A stretch of DNA of 63,970 bases, the filler included, from Sanchytrium tribonematis (lineage: Eukaryota), in assembly GCA_018985235.1 (NCBI GenBank). It is 5 parts of 5 records of this genome, joined end to end, with 100 filler letters (N's around TTAATTAATTAA, not from the genome) between each part and the next. Parts side by side here need not be neighbours in the genome. Positions count along the whole stretch, not along the records: positions 1 to 13,323 come from JADGIG010000191.1; positions 13,424 to 26,737 come from JADGIG010000192.1; 3 more parts are not named here. One strand, given 5' to 3'. Of this stretch, positions 11,921-23,589 are shown one piece after another. The notes beneath the pieces are model-generated. The model worked only from the letters and a program-made list of their open reading frames with translations. It ran no database searches and was not told the DNA's origin. Position numbers and translations under genes: made by a program. Position 1 is the stretch's first letter; every line of letters begins with the position of its first letter.

Positions 11921-13323
11921 AGATTATCATAGTAAGCTTTCATTTTTTATCTTTGTAGTAGATTTTTCTGGACTATTTAAATAGTTTACTATTTGCCCCA
12001 ACTTTTAGCATGTTACCACGGCATAAAATTGTAAAATTCCGGAAATTTACATAAGGACTGAAATTTTTTTTTATGAGCAAATTCTATTTATTGCCCAGTA
12101 TGAATTGCTGTTTGACTCAAAAGTGCATCTCAAGGTGTTCTCTAGTACACGTTGAACCAATATTCTGTCACACCTTCGTACACTTTGGAAATCGAGAATA
12201 AAGTGAAAAAATAAATACAATTTGTGGTGTTTATAAAAGATAGGGATCAAACGTGAGTAATGACGCCGTTGCAACTCATCCGAGAAGTGCAATAAATGTT
12301 ACTAATTATTTTGAGAGTTCTGACAGTGAAGTTCGTAGCTATTTAAAAAAGATATATAAAGTGGCAATTTTGGCGCCGAAGGTAAAACTCTTTAAATGTA
12401 AAATTCGGGGTCGTAAAATGCTCCAAATAAAAGCAATGTTCAAGAGCTTTCAAATTCTTCTATTAAAGATCGATCAAATGATTTCAAAACTGACTATACA
12501 AGCTTTGTGGCGTTTATGAAAGAAAATAAGATTGTTTAGCGTTGACCAATTCGATATGTTTTAAAGAACATCAAAAAATTGAGAGACATAATTTTGGTAA
12601 TGAAATACTTGCTGCGATTTATAAATATCGATCCGATGTGCTTTTAGCTAGATCTCAGAAGCTGATGAAAGGATGCATGTTTTGGGGATGTTTTCTTTTC
12701 AAGGCAAAGGCCCATTAGCAACTTTTGACGGTTGAGTGATTGTAGCAGATTATCATTAGTTCCTGAGTTAGATGCCTCTAAAGGTAATTTTAACCTTATT
12801 TTCACGCATGATAATAGGGTTATTAATTGATACTGTACTGTATGCTCAATCCAAAAGAAAAACAAAACTACTATGAGCCAAAAGAATATTTCCAACCTAC
12901 TATGAACAACATTAAAAAAATGAGGAAAATTTATTTTTATTTCTTTAATAAACTAAATTTTCACACCTTCAATAGCTCAGACCCTTTTGTTTTAAAAAAG
13001 GTGTGTTGCATCACACTCTTGACACCGTGTTGAAACATTTCTCCTGCCAGACATGAGCGTCCAAATCATTTATTAGTTACTAGTCCCCACCATTATTTCC
13101 AATATCCACTTTAGATTTCTTGTTAAAATAGATTCTGGTGTGATATGTATTAGTGTGTTTGGCATACAAATACAATTCACAAAATATTCAGTTAAAATTG
13201 GAATAGATCTACTTTTTCCATAAAGCAGTACATACATCCGCCCTTCATGACACAAGGAGATCTCCCAGTCACTGCATCGTCTTCGACCCAAAATGGCAGT
13301 CACGCTCCTGTATCCAACAAAAC

Positions 13324-13423
13324 NNNNNNNNNNNNNNNNNNNNNNNNNNNNNNNNNNNNNNNNNNNNTTAATTAATTAANNNNNNNNNNNNNNNNNNNNN
13401 NNNNNNNNNNNNNNNNNNNNNNN
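13324..13423. other. Artificial contig linker
   Basis: 44 N + TTAATTAATTAA (stops in all six frames) + 44 N. Confidence 0.98.
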
Positions 13424-13425
13424 AC

Positions 13426-14367
13426 CTACTCAAAAACCGGATTTTATTCCACAGGTTTTTAGGATTAATGGAAGTCATATTCACTCAACCTGTTTGCAAG
13501 TCCATCCGGTTTCACTGGAACAGACATGAACTTTATCAAGTATCAAACCCGCTTTGGATAGAAAACAAGGAAGAAAAATCTGGTGTAGATTTATTTAAAT
13601 TTATATTACTAGAAAAAACTCTTAAAGATCAAGATAAGGAGGAAAAACTTAAATACGGTTTTTATCAAAGCATCAACACAATCCAGTGGGAATATTGGCT
13701 TAAATCGTTTCGACCGGGAAAGTGCTTACAATACGTTTTATACCAAGGGAATTTAGTATTAAATGCCCCTCCAAAAGAACTTGAAAACATGCTAAGCTAT
13801 GCCGCTGGAATGCCAATTGAAAAGATTTACCCGACTTCTGCTGAACTAAATAGGCTTTTAAAATCTTGTTTTCCATCTATCAGAAAATTTGGCTATATTA
13901 TTATGAAAAATATGATTCAAGATCTGAATCAGGCGATTTTGGGAGAGGTAATATCATGTGTTATTGATATTTGTCAGTGGCTTCACAAATTACTGGATTA
14001 TTGGCAAAGTGACGATTCAATAACAATCGAAGGAACTTTTCAAGACATAGAAATGGAAGAAGAAGACGGTGAGATCGGTGTTAACGTATCTTTTTTCTTA
14101 AACGAAGCAGAAATTTCTGACCCTTCACCAATTATTGATGATTTTTTTTCACAAATTGATCTTATATTTGTTTTTGCTGACAAAAAAGCGAAACGGCAGA
14201 TTTGGGAGCTTTTGATAAACTGGATTCCTCCTTTCCACACTAAGAAATCCACATCTCATCCATTGTCAATATATAGTGAATCTTTAATCAAATCCATTCA
14301 GCAAGGCATAACTCGGATACTGTCGCTCGGTGATTCCTGGGTTGAAATGAAACGCAAATTTCATTAA
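13426..14367 (+). CDS. Hypothetical protein, probably 5'-truncated
   Basis: 299-aa ORF; the frame stays open upstream of ATG 13468 to the contig edge. Confidence 0.7.
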   Translation, partial: LLKNRILFHRFLGLMEVIFTQPVCKSIRFHWNRHELYQVSNPLWIENKEEKSGVDLFKFILLEKTLKDQDKEEKLKYGFYQSINTIQWEYWLKSFRPGKCLQYVLYQGNLVLNAPPKELENMLSYAAGMPIEKIYPTSAELNRLLKSCFPSIRKFGYIIMKNMIQDLNQAILGEVISCVIDICQWLHKLLDYWQSDDSITIEGTFQDIEMEEEDGEIGVNVSFFLNEAEISDPSPIIDDFFSQIDLIFVFADKKAKRQIWELLINWIPPFHTKKSTSHPLSIYSESLIKSIQQGITRILSLGDSWVEMKRKFH

Positions 14368-14377
14368 TATAAACAAT

Positions 14378-15181
14378 TTACTCTTCAGTTACTCCATAAT
14401 CATACTTTGTAAGAAACGGATGCCTGAGGCATCTTTTTAAGGACCTTCGGTTTTCAGGTTTGAGCTGCAACAATCCTGCAACAAAATTTTTGGCTTCTGC
14501 TGTCAATTTACTTTCATCATAATCCCCCTTTCTTATTGCTCTGTAAGTTTCTTTTGTATTGTCTTGTTCAAATGGCGGTTTCCCAATAAGCAACTCATAT
14601 GCAAGGATTCCCAAAGACCATAAATCTACACTTTTGTGGTACGCCTCACGATTTACCATTTCTGGTGGTAAATAATCTAGAGTTCCGCATACCGTGTCTC
14701 TTCTTTTAGTCGGCGCATGTACAGACCAACCGAAATCTGACATTTTTATCTGATCATTTCTTCCGATAAGCAAATTCTCGGGTTTGATATCCCGGTGAAT
14801 AACATTTTTCTCGTGCAAATACAAAAATCCATTGCATAACTGACTCATATATTTTGCAACAAGTTCCTCTTTCAAGGGTCCATGATTTAATTGGGTGTAT
14901 AGTTCTCCATTTTCAGCATATTCCAATACAAGATAGATCCTCTTATCATCATAAAAATAGCCATAAAGCCTTAAAATATTAGAATGTCTCAGATGGGCTT
15001 GTATCTCGATCTCTCTTCTCAGTTGATGATGCATTTTATGTTGTTCAATCTCTGACTTGTCTAAAATTTTTAAAGCACATATATAATCGCTGGTCCTATG
15101 TTTTGCAAGATAAACTTTTCCAAACCTTCCTCTTCCCAGCAATTTCCCAATTTCGAAATCTGACAATTTCATACTTCCCAT
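14378..15181 (-). CDS. IPL1: Aurora kinase (catalytic domain only)
   Basis: DFEIGKLLGRGRFG, QLRREIEIQAHLRH, HRDIKPEN, DFGWSVH, CGTLDYLPPEM. Confidence 0.95.
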   Translation of the reverse strand: MGSMKLSDFEIGKLLGRGRFGKVYLAKHRTSDYICALKILDKSEIEQHKMHHQLRREIEIQAHLRHSNILRLYGYFYDDKRIYLVLEYAENGELYTQLNHGPLKEELVAKYMSQLCNGFLYLHEKNVIHRDIKPENLLIGRNDQIKMSDFGWSVHAPTKRRDTVCGTLDYLPPEMVNREAYHKSVDLWSLGILAYELLIGKPPFEQDNTKETYRAIRKGDYDESKLTAEAKNFVAGLLQLKPENRRSLKRCLRHPFLTKYDYGVTEE

Positions 15182-15510
15182 AATTTAAGAGAAAAAAGTT
15201 TCAAAAATTACAAATTTATTGTCGTGGACTTTTAATTGGGCTTCTTACTCGTAATGTGTCTTCCTTGTGAGATACTTGTGTATTGATGATCTTGATGGAC
15301 TTTGAAGCGTAATCGTTTTCCACATGGGAGTGACTTGCTCTACATTTGTAAAATATTCCAAGAATTGCGATAATTAGGAAAACAACCAAAGCCGAAGCTA
15401 CATATTTCGAACTATCCACTGATACAAGACCAGCTGCTACAGGATAAGCTTCAATAGTGCGCAAAATTAACATTGACACGTGAGAGAAATTTATTACCCA
15501 CTTTTGATGA

Positions 15511-18500
15511 TTATTTTCTATATCTCTTGTTATATCGATCTTGTGGTGCATTTCTTTTAAGATCAGATTCATTGCCTGATGCCAAACGTTTGATATTGTC
15601 TGTACGCCGCGTGTTGTTATTTGGCCGCGGTCCCAATCTAGTTTGAGACATTGAATTGGTGCTCTGATTCGGGATTTTTTCCGAGGGCTCTGAGATATAT
15701 CTTTTATCTTTGCTTTGTTGTTGATTTTCCTTAGGATCAATATTGTTGCCCCTGTAGACATCGTTCTTCATACGAGAATTTTGTGTACTGGATGGACTAC
15801 TTCCACTTCTATATCGTCTTTGATTTGAAACAAAATGCCTTGTACCGTGAGATTCTTTTGAACCAGTCGATTTAGTGTTATTATTAGATGAGTTTTGTCG
15901 TTCCTTAAATCTTTGGTTATAGGAATCGAGTTTTGCCGATGGAGGATCTTCTTCGAAATACTGCTTCTTTTTGCTCGAGTCTGGCTGAATCTTGTCTACG
16001 ACTTTGGAGCTCTTGTTTTCGATTTGTAATACATCCTTAGGTTTAGGTACGGCGTCTGATTCAATCTCATTTAAATCGGCTTCAATAGCGGCTTGGCCTT
16101 CAAATAAAGTTGAAGAATCATCTTCACCTTGCTTTGTCATAATTTTGCTCGATTGAGTAATTTGTTGAACATCTCTTTTCTGATTTTCACGAAAAGTAGT
16201 AGGTTTGCGCGAATTGAATTTAAAGGAAACGCTGTCGACATTATTGCTCTTGGTTTCCGAATCTTTGGGCTTCGAAGGCGAATTTGCTATAAATGCAGTA
16301 GCGTTAAATAAATCGCTTTCCTGATTTTTATTATTTGGCGTTGCGCTTTCTTTCGGAGTCAAGTTTGATTTTTGTTCGTCATTTGTAATTTCTATCTTTT
16401 CAACATTGCCTACATCTAATTCATCTATTCTTTCAACAGATTTAAGACTCAATGCTTCTTTTTCGTCGCCATTTTCATCTGATTTCCTAGAATAACTTTC
16501 ATTTGCACTTTCTGATTTTTGAGAATCTTTGATCTCTCCTTCCTCAGATTCAGTATCCATGGCTTCGAGAGTCAATCCCTCGGCACTGTTCGTGATTTCT
16601 GTTAAATTGGATCTAAATTCTTGATGGTCTTTCGCTGTAAGTGTGATTCCAAACTCTTTGAATTTTAGAGCAAGCAATCCTAATAATTTTGTACATAAGA
16701 TTTCAACATCCTTATTGTATAGTGAATATGCGGTTTTAATATTGTTTTTTAACTCGTTTAACTCTTCTAAATTCAATTTTGATATCAAATATTCTTGGAG
16801 ACTTAAAAACGACCGAACTTGTAATGCTGATGCATTTTCTAATTCAATTTCAATCGGGGTATGCCGCACTAGTCCTAAACATTTGCATTCAATATCCAGA
16901 TAAAGCTCTAAATCTCCTACATGTGGAAGTGGCTTAAAATAAAATGTATCATGCAAATTGTAAAATCCACAAAAATTGTCAAATTCACTTTTATCTATTT
17001 CCAAATCTTTGTCAAGTCTGACTTTACAGTAATGCTGTATTTTGGTGTCACTATTCATCTTGCAAATATACTCAAAATAGTTGGAACAAAGTTTTTCCGC
17101 GTTATCAATGACATTTAGAGGATCGGGTTCAATTTTTGATAAGCAATATTTTTCTAAGCTATTTTTGGCGTTTAATTTCAACGGAACATTATTCATCAAA
17201 ATCCAACAAAGATAATATTCTAATATGTAAAAGAACTCCTCATACTTCAACTTGTATTGTAAAATATCGTCACTAGTAAAAGTTTCTAAAAAACCTAGAA
17301 TCTTTTTTAACAATAATGAAAAAAACTCTGGCCCAAGAAGATTAATTGGAGCATTAATTATACTTCCCAATGATCTGAATTCATGATTTTTAGTAAAGCA
17401 CTGAGAATAGAATAAAAATCGAGCATTTGGAAGCCTTGTCAAAAGGTAGTCAGTGGTATGCGTCTGAATACTACCAAACAGAACATTGGAAAAATTCATC
17501 AATTTTGTGAAGTACAAGTCCAGAAGATGCATAGCATATTCATCGAAATGATCTGAAATAAATTCAAAAAATAGTCCGTCTAGACAATCTGTCCGATGTA
17601 ATAAACCGACTATGAACTCGTTCATTGCGTAGATATCATTCTGGTGATGACAGTTTAAAACAAAATCTTTCCAGGACTGAAATAAAAGTTTGTAAAAAGT
17701 TTCAGACGCGTTTACATAAATCCCATAATCTCGAAGTCTACCACCAGAGATCAATTGTTTAAAAAAGAGTTGATGAAAATATGGGTGAATATGCATACAA
17801 TTGACAATTATATCCATTTTATCCAATTCGTTTGCAGCCATTGTTTGGCATAATTTTATAAAATGTCCCTGTCTGTGATTAATAATGTACATCAGCATTT
17901 TGGATTCTTGAACAGTAATTGTCGGGTTTTCTTTGTACAAGAACTTGATAGAATCAAGAAAATAGGAATAGTGTGAATAAATTTTCAGGTTATGAGGAAA
18001 TAACTCGAGAATCATCTTGCTGGTAGCTGTTGAAGATATTACTTCATCGCCAAATTTAAAATCTGTATTATCTAAATGGGTGTAACTTTGGTTAGCTAGA
18101 ACAAAGACGCACCCTCTATTGGATTTGTTGCAATATATTCTCGTAAGATATATATTGTAAATTGGTGAATATAATTTTATGTCATCGAGATAAATACCCA
18201 AATCATTTAGAGGTAGGAAGCAACATGCTACTTGTAAAAACGCCAAGTACACGTTCAGCGGTCTTTTTAATCGACTTTCTTCTCTAGATAAAAGACTTTT
18301 GATTTTATCTTCCCTATTCTTAATATCTTCCTGTCCCTGTTTGTCACTTTTTTCCACATACTCGTCGAATTCTCTGTCCTCAATAAGATCTTCCAATTCC
18401 CGATTTGGAGAAGACAGTGCGTACATTTCCATGCTTTCGTTGGGTCTCTTTGAAGGATCTGTCATCCGGTAATTATCAAGTTTCATTTTGTCCAGCTCAT

Positions 18501-19149
18501 GACTACTGAATTCAAAGGGGAGTAATTTTTGCTTGTATTTTTCAAATTTTTTTAAAATGAGGTTCAATTTTAATATGCCCTTAGAGCACCAGTAGAAAAT
18601 TAGAAATAATAATTTAGTAGCATAAAGTTCAGTGCTTTCTTCATAATCTGAATCTGCTTTTGCTTCAAAATCACAGATTATAAAGTATGGAAATCCATAT
18701 TTAGTTTCCAAATGTTCTAATTCCATCAACAATAAATCTATTTTCAAATATATATATTCTGGTAAACATTCGGGCAAATCCAAACTGAAATTATGTATAA
18801 GTTTGTCAATCTCGTCAAATTTGATAAAATATTCTGTTGAATACAATAATTTAGAATGTCTTGGATCCGGTGAACTTGTACTCAGGCCTAATTGAACTAA
18901 TATATTATAGTCTAATATATCAAATAAAATTGCTTCGTATTCTGGCTCATCTTGTAAATAGTCAATGAAGTCAGTCAAATTTTTCATTTCCTCTAGTGGA
19001 ATCGATTTTAATGAGTTGCAAATTAAATGTACCATCATTTCTACATCTATTTTTTCTTTGTATTTTTCTACAGTTATAGAAGAGTCTTCTTCAGAGCACA
19101 ATGATATTAGCAATTCTTCAACGAAATTTTGCTCAGTTGCAAAATCCAT
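15511..19149 (-). CDS. Large hypothetical helical protein with low-complexity C-terminus (weak virilizer-like resemblance)
   Basis: 1212-aa ORF; the C-terminal DPPSAKLDSY loosely resembles the VIRMA RPPSxHVDDF motif. Confidence 0.75.
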   Translation of the reverse strand: MDFATEQNFVEELLISLCSEEDSSITVEKYKEKIDVEMMVHLICNSLKSIPLEEMKNLTDFIDYLQDEPEYEAILFDILDYNILVQLGLSTSSPDPRHSKLLYSTEYFIKFDEIDKLIHNFSLDLPECLPEYIYLKIDLLLMELEHLETKYGFPYFIICDFEAKADSDYEESTELYATKLLFLIFYWCSKGILKLNLILKKFEKYKQKLLPFEFSSHELDKMKLDNYRMTDPSKRPNESMEMYALSSPNRELEDLIEDREFDEYVEKSDKQGQEDIKNREDKIKSLLSREESRLKRPLNVYLAFLQVACCFLPLNDLGIYLDDIKLYSPIYNIYLTRIYCNKSNRGCVFVLANQSYTHLDNTDFKFGDEVISSTATSKMILELFPHNLKIYSHYSYFLDSIKFLYKENPTITVQESKMLMYIINHRQGHFIKLCQTMAANELDKMDIIVNCMHIHPYFHQLFFKQLISGGRLRDYGIYVNASETFYKLLFQSWKDFVLNCHHQNDIYAMNEFIVGLLHRTDCLDGLFFEFISDHFDEYAMHLLDLYFTKLMNFSNVLFGSIQTHTTDYLLTRLPNARFLFYSQCFTKNHEFRSLGSIINAPINLLGPEFFSLLLKKILGFLETFTSDDILQYKLKYEEFFYILEYYLCWILMNNVPLKLNAKNSLEKYCLSKIEPDPLNVIDNAEKLCSNYFEYICKMNSDTKIQHYCKVRLDKDLEIDKSEFDNFCGFYNLHDTFYFKPLPHVGDLELYLDIECKCLGLVRHTPIEIELENASALQVRSFLSLQEYLISKLNLEELNELKNNIKTAYSLYNKDVEILCTKLLGLLALKFKEFGITLTAKDHQEFRSNLTEITNSAEGLTLEAMDTESEEGEIKDSQKSESANESYSRKSDENGDEKEALSLKSVERIDELDVGNVEKIEITNDEQKSNLTPKESATPNNKNQESDLFNATAFIANSPSKPKDSETKSNNVDSVSFKFNSRKPTTFRENQKRDVQQITQSSKIMTKQGEDDSSTLFEGQAAIEADLNEIESDAVPKPKDVLQIENKSSKVVDKIQPDSSKKKQYFEEDPPSAKLDSYNQRFKERQNSSNNNTKSTGSKESHGTRHFVSNQRRYRSGSSPSSTQNSRMKNDVYRGNNIDPKENQQQSKDKRYISEPSEKIPNQSTNSMSQTRLGPRPNNNTRRTDNIKRLASGNESDLKRNAPQDRYNKRYRK

Positions 19150-19173
19150 GATAAAACAGGAGGAACAATAGAT

Positions 19174-20307
19174 TTATTTTGTTAATTTGTAGTGACCTAC
19201 CATCCAATCTTCTCCGTTATTATACTGGAACGTTTCTTCAATTGCGAGGTAAAAGACTCTCCATCTGTTATAATGTTTCCATGCATCACTTTTAGAATTA
19301 AATTTCTTTCCAAAAATTTGCAAAATCTCGCTTCGATGCTCGTCACAATTACGCAGCCAATCTTTGGAAGTTTTTGCATATTGTTTTCCATTTACAAGCC
19401 ATCTTTGGTGAACTTTCAGGCCCATGAAATTTATCAAATCTTGTGAAGGCATCACACCTCCAGTAAAGAAATTTCTAGACATCCAGGACTCGTCATCGAA
19501 ATGATATGGCAGATTTTTATGGCAAAAAGTTTGTATAAATATACTTGGAGTTCCCAATTTGCTTGACTGCTTCAGGTATGTCGAGAGTTGCTTTAAGAGT
19601 GCCGCCCAATTTTTGCAGTGTTCAAACATTTCGATTGAAACAATTCGGTCATACTTATTTATATGGGACTTACCATAAGATTCGTCAAATTTTGCGATAT
19701 CGCAAGTAACGACAGTCAGATTTGAAATACCCATATTTTCAACTCTTCTTTGAATAAATTGTTTTTGTTCAGATGAATTTGAGACTGCTGTGATATTTGA
19801 CTCAGGGTATTTTTGAGCTACGTATAGTGAAAAACTGCCCCAACCACAGCCCAAATCTAATATTGTCATTCCTTCTTGGATGCCAGCTCGTTCACAATAT
19901 ATTTCGAGCATATTTTCTTCAGCTTCTGTTAGACTAATGTTTTCGTCCACAATTGAGGTGCTCTTATTGTTCTTTACATTTGAGTCTCCATAATAGCAAC
20001 AAGAATACTTCAACCAACTGCCAAGACATTTTTCGAAAAATGCCGGTGGGATCATATAATGCTGTTCGTTGGCTTTTTCGGGAACCTCGGTTATTTTTCT
20101 GTCTTTAGCATCTGTTACGTAATCGGTTTTTGCGTCTAGCATCATCAATGGAGATAAATCGAGCTCTTTTGATCTAAAGTAAAGCATTTTTCTAATAATT
20201 TGTCTCAATGCGTAATCCGTATAATAGCCATTATCAACCACATAATCTTGAGCCTGTGCAATTGCCGAAGACATTTGTCTCTTGAATTCAAATGGCAAAA
20301 GATCCAT
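19174..20307 (-). CDS. SAM-dependent methyltransferase, CFA synthase / coclaurine N-methyltransferase-like
   Basis: ANEQHY, LKYSCC, LDLGCGWGS, SIEMFEH, FFTGGVMPS. Confidence 0.92.
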   Translation of the reverse strand: MDLLPFEFKRQMSSAIAQAQDYVVDNGYYTDYALRQIIRKMLYFRSKELDLSPLMMLDAKTDYVTDAKDRKITEVPEKANEQHYMIPPAFFEKCLGSWLKYSCCYYGDSNVKNNKSTSIVDENISLTEAEENMLEIYCERAGIQEGMTILDLGCGWGSFSLYVAQKYPESNITAVSNSSEQKQFIQRRVENMGISNLTVVTCDIAKFDESYGKSHINKYDRIVSIEMFEHCKNWAALLKQLSTYLKQSSKLGTPSIFIQTFCHKNLPYHFDDESWMSRNFFTGGVMPSQDLINFMGLKVHQRWLVNGKQYAKTSKDWLRNCDEHRSEILQIFGKKFNSKSDAWKHYNRWRVFYLAIEETFQYNNGEDWMVGHYKLTK

Positions 20308-20331
20308 GTAAGATAAGGGGTCTAAAATTTA

Positions 20332-22708
20332 TTAATTTTTTAATGATGCAGTGTTAAAATATACATGCACAGATAGAATGCTGGCAATCATCAATATGAG
20401 ACAAACTCCAAGGGCACCAAACGAAAGCCAAAGTCCATTTAGTCCATATCTAAATGAGTCAAAATTACATGGCAATATTGCACAATGACACTGTCATTGC
20501 AGTGGTAGCAGCATTTATGTTTGGACAAGGATCACTTTTCAGTCCATTTTGAAGATTCATTGTCAACTCATTGGTTACATTTCCGATCAAATAACTGAAC
20601 TCTGTGTCGTAATCGTTTTTGGTTTTAAGAATCCATTTGTCATAGGTGTCAAAAATGGATTGCACATAGTGGTCGCTGTCGTACTTTGAAACATTATTTT
20701 TTATGATTGCAAACTGGTTTGCCAAGTCATTGAAAGTAGCATTTAAGCTCTGCCTTTTGGAATTTAATTCTGGATAAATTGATAAAAAGGAATTAAGCGC
20801 TGAAATGCGTTGATTCACGCGGCCTTTAAAATCTGCCAATTCGGCGTTCAGATCTCCAGTAGGGTTACTTAAATCTTCAATATCATTGGTTGTCGTTTGT
20901 AGTGAATTTGATAAAAGCGCCAAAGCTTTTTGAATTTCTGTTGCTGATGTACTATTCAGATCTCCTTTAAGTATTTCAATAGGATCCAAACCCGATATGT
21001 TCATTGCTGATAATTGCATAATAAAATTTTCTGTCGATGATTTGTCAATTGCAGACGATAATTTCAAGTCAAGAAAAGTTTTGTTCAAATAAGTCAAATT
21101 CTGCGCAAAAGCTGTTGCTACCAAATTTGTAATATTAAAAGTATCTTGGCTAAATCCATCAGGAAGCATCTTCTGTATGGTTGTATTTTGTAATATCTCT
21201 GATAATGAGGCATTTCGATCACACAAATCTTTGGCTGCAACTCCAGCCGCACTGTAGCTTGCAATCTCTGGACTAACTAATTTCAGAGATTGGATATTAA
21301 CATAATCGCACGAATCCCCTACCATAAAAGCATATAGATAATAGTAAAATGACGCAACAAAACAAATCATGGTGAGAAATAAGACTAAACAAAGTGAAAT
21401 CATTCCAATCCTAGGAAATTTTAAGGCTATAAACAAGCCAGTCAAAATTAAAAGAAGCCCCATCACACCCAAGTAAATGTAAATGTATATGTTTTGAGGG
21501 CCCAAATTGGTGGTATAGTTTCCACTGGCGCTGTTGAATCCCTCATATTGAGATTTTACAGTTGCTCCGTCAGTGCTATTTCTAAGAGCATCGCTTAAGG
21601 AAGCCTTAATACTATTTATGATATTCCACAATGAAGCGTTTGCCCCATCTAAAGATTCGATTTGTCCTGTCTTCAATTTGGATTTTAAATTATCAATATT
21701 TGATTGCAAATTAGAAGTTGCTGGAAACTGATTTTTAGCTTTTGCAAGCCTTTTGAGGCTCGTATTATCAATATCGTCAGTATATGGGAAATCTTGATGA
21801 TAATATGCATATGTTAGATTATTAGGGTTGTAATTTTTTAATTTATAAACATTGCTAAGCGGAAAATTAAATGTAGGTGCATCAAGACCAGCCAATAATG
21901 ATAAAGATGAATTAAACAACGCGGACCTACTATATAACGTGCCATTTAAACTTATAAAGTTTGCAATTAAACCGTCTGTTAAGGAGCGCGCTACTTTGGT
22001 AAGATCAATTTTCTTGTCAATCAAGGTGCTGTTTTCAGACATTTCAGTATAAAGAGAGCTGATGTCTGCATCGACCGTGGTATTAATCTTATCCATAAGT
22101 CTCAATGGCGATGAAAAGTTTGAAAATGCCGAATCTACATCAAGTTTTCCACTTTGAAGCATAAGGGTTCCACTTGTAACAACTGAACCAGCAGCCAAAT
22201 TTGCATTATTCATCCCGGTTGTAAAGTCATTCAAGCTGCTGATGGTTACAAATAGGCAAAAAACGGTCAAAAGAGTACTTATCGCTAGAAATACTATAGT
22301 CATGATCTTAGTAGGTAGCCTGACATCATCTGGATCAAGTCTATCTGGATCTCTTATGACACAGCAAGAAAGTACCAAAATGCTACCAACAAATCCAATA
22401 AATCCAAAGAAACAACAGATTCCAAGATATATGTCCACTTCAAAATAATCTTTGACGATAGTAGCGAGATTCGGTTGCACGACACCATTATTTTCAGTTG
22501 TATACGCGTCAAATTGAAACCCTCTTCTCGCTCTTGACTTGGATATGATTGTCAACCCGAAATTCTCCCAAAAAAGTCCCATTCCTGGTTCTGCTTGATA
22601 TTTTTTTAGCGATTCTTGTGAAAGAGCTTTGATATTCACCGTGGTCACATCTCTTTTCTCGATTCTTATACCAAATACAAGTAAACTCAAGGCCAATAAA
22701 ATCAGCAT
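20332..22708 (-). CDS. Prominin-like 5-TM glycoprotein (2 exons)
   Basis: Signal peptide, TM pair, long N-glycosylated loop, TM pair, second long loop. Splicing 20450-20468 adds TM5 (CNIAIYGLNGLWLSFGALG...). Confidence 0.75.
20450..20468 (-). other. 19-nt spliceosomal intron
   Basis: GTAATTTTGACTCATTTAG; removal restores the final TM helix. Confidence 0.85.
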
Positions 22709-22759
22709 GTGTGGCTGGTTTTTCTAATGATTTGTTAATGTCATTTTGCTATTAAAACA

Positions 22760-23491
22760 ATGTCTCCTATTCCCAAAAGCATTTTGCTTCTACACGGTTT
22801 ATTTGGACATTCTCGGAACTTGAGAACTTTTTCGAGTATTTTGACAGACAAAACAAAATTACCAGTGAATTGTTTTGACCTGCGAAATCATTACGGTAGT
22901 CATTTTCAGGGACCTATGACGCTCAATAATTTAAAGTCGGATTTAAATACCGTTCTTAACAGACCGTTAATAGCGTGCGGTCATTCTTTAGGCGGAAAGA
23001 TAATTCTACACAACTTAAACAATCAAAATATAAAAATGGCAATTATTCTAGATATTGGCCCAAAAAGGACAAATTTGAGTGCAATGAAAGATTACATCTA
23101 CTTCATGAAGGAGAATGACAATAAATTTACAGATAGAGCAGTAATTAAGAGAAATTTGATGAGTAAGATTATGAATGAAGAAATTGTACAATTTCTAATG
23201 ACAAATTTAAAGAAAGAAAACCAAATGTGGAATTTCAAGCTTAATTTAAACTACCTACTCGAAGGATTGACAGAAATGAGTAATCCCGTACTTCAGGGTA
23301 GTGAAAAGCCGATTCTTTTTATTAAAGGAAGTGAAAGTAATTACATTCGAGAAGAGGAGGAAGCTCAGATTTTTGAGATGTATCCTAATAGTACAATTAA
23401 GACTGTTAAAGGCTCTCACTGGATCCATTTCATAAGTCCCGTTGAAATTGCCGTCCTTGTCAGAGAATTTATCGATAAAAATCTTGGTTGA
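22760..23491 (+). CDS. ABHD11-like alpha/beta hydrolase
   Basis: LLHGLFG, DLRNH, GHSLGG nucleophile elbow, HWIH. Confidence 0.9.
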   Translation: MSPIPKSILLLHGLFGHSRNLRTFSSILTDKTKLPVNCFDLRNHYGSHFQGPMTLNNLKSDLNTVLNRPLIACGHSLGGKIILHNLNNQNIKMAIILDIGPKRTNLSAMKDYIYFMKENDNKFTDRAVIKRNLMSKIMNEEIVQFLMTNLKKENQMWNFKLNLNYLLEGLTEMSNPVLQGSEKPILFIKGSESNYIREEEEAQIFEMYPNSTIKTVKGSHWIHFISPVEIAVLVREFIDKNLG

Positions 23492-23589
23492 TGCTATTTG
23501 TTCCGCTTAATTGCATTTGAGTCAGCTGTTGCTTTTATTCACTCATTTGGATATCGAAATAAATTTTTTTTGAGTTGGTTTAAAACAAG

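Noticed and set aside
12071..13303. Helicase-like pseudogene (HITPES)
   Set aside because: Too degenerate; no second motif could be placed reliably.
13324..13423. TTAATTAATTAA as a biological motif, or gene neighbourhoods across the gaps
   Set aside because: The identical linker occurs at four sites and contig lengths descend (13323+, 13314, 13287, 13278), indicating size-sorted concatenation.
15216..15761. 181-aa ORF overlapping the large gene, and the many short antisense ORFs in the track
   Set aside because: Mostly alternative-frame or antisense shadows of real genes. The 3' part (15216-~15400) could be a small TM gene, but this is unsupported.
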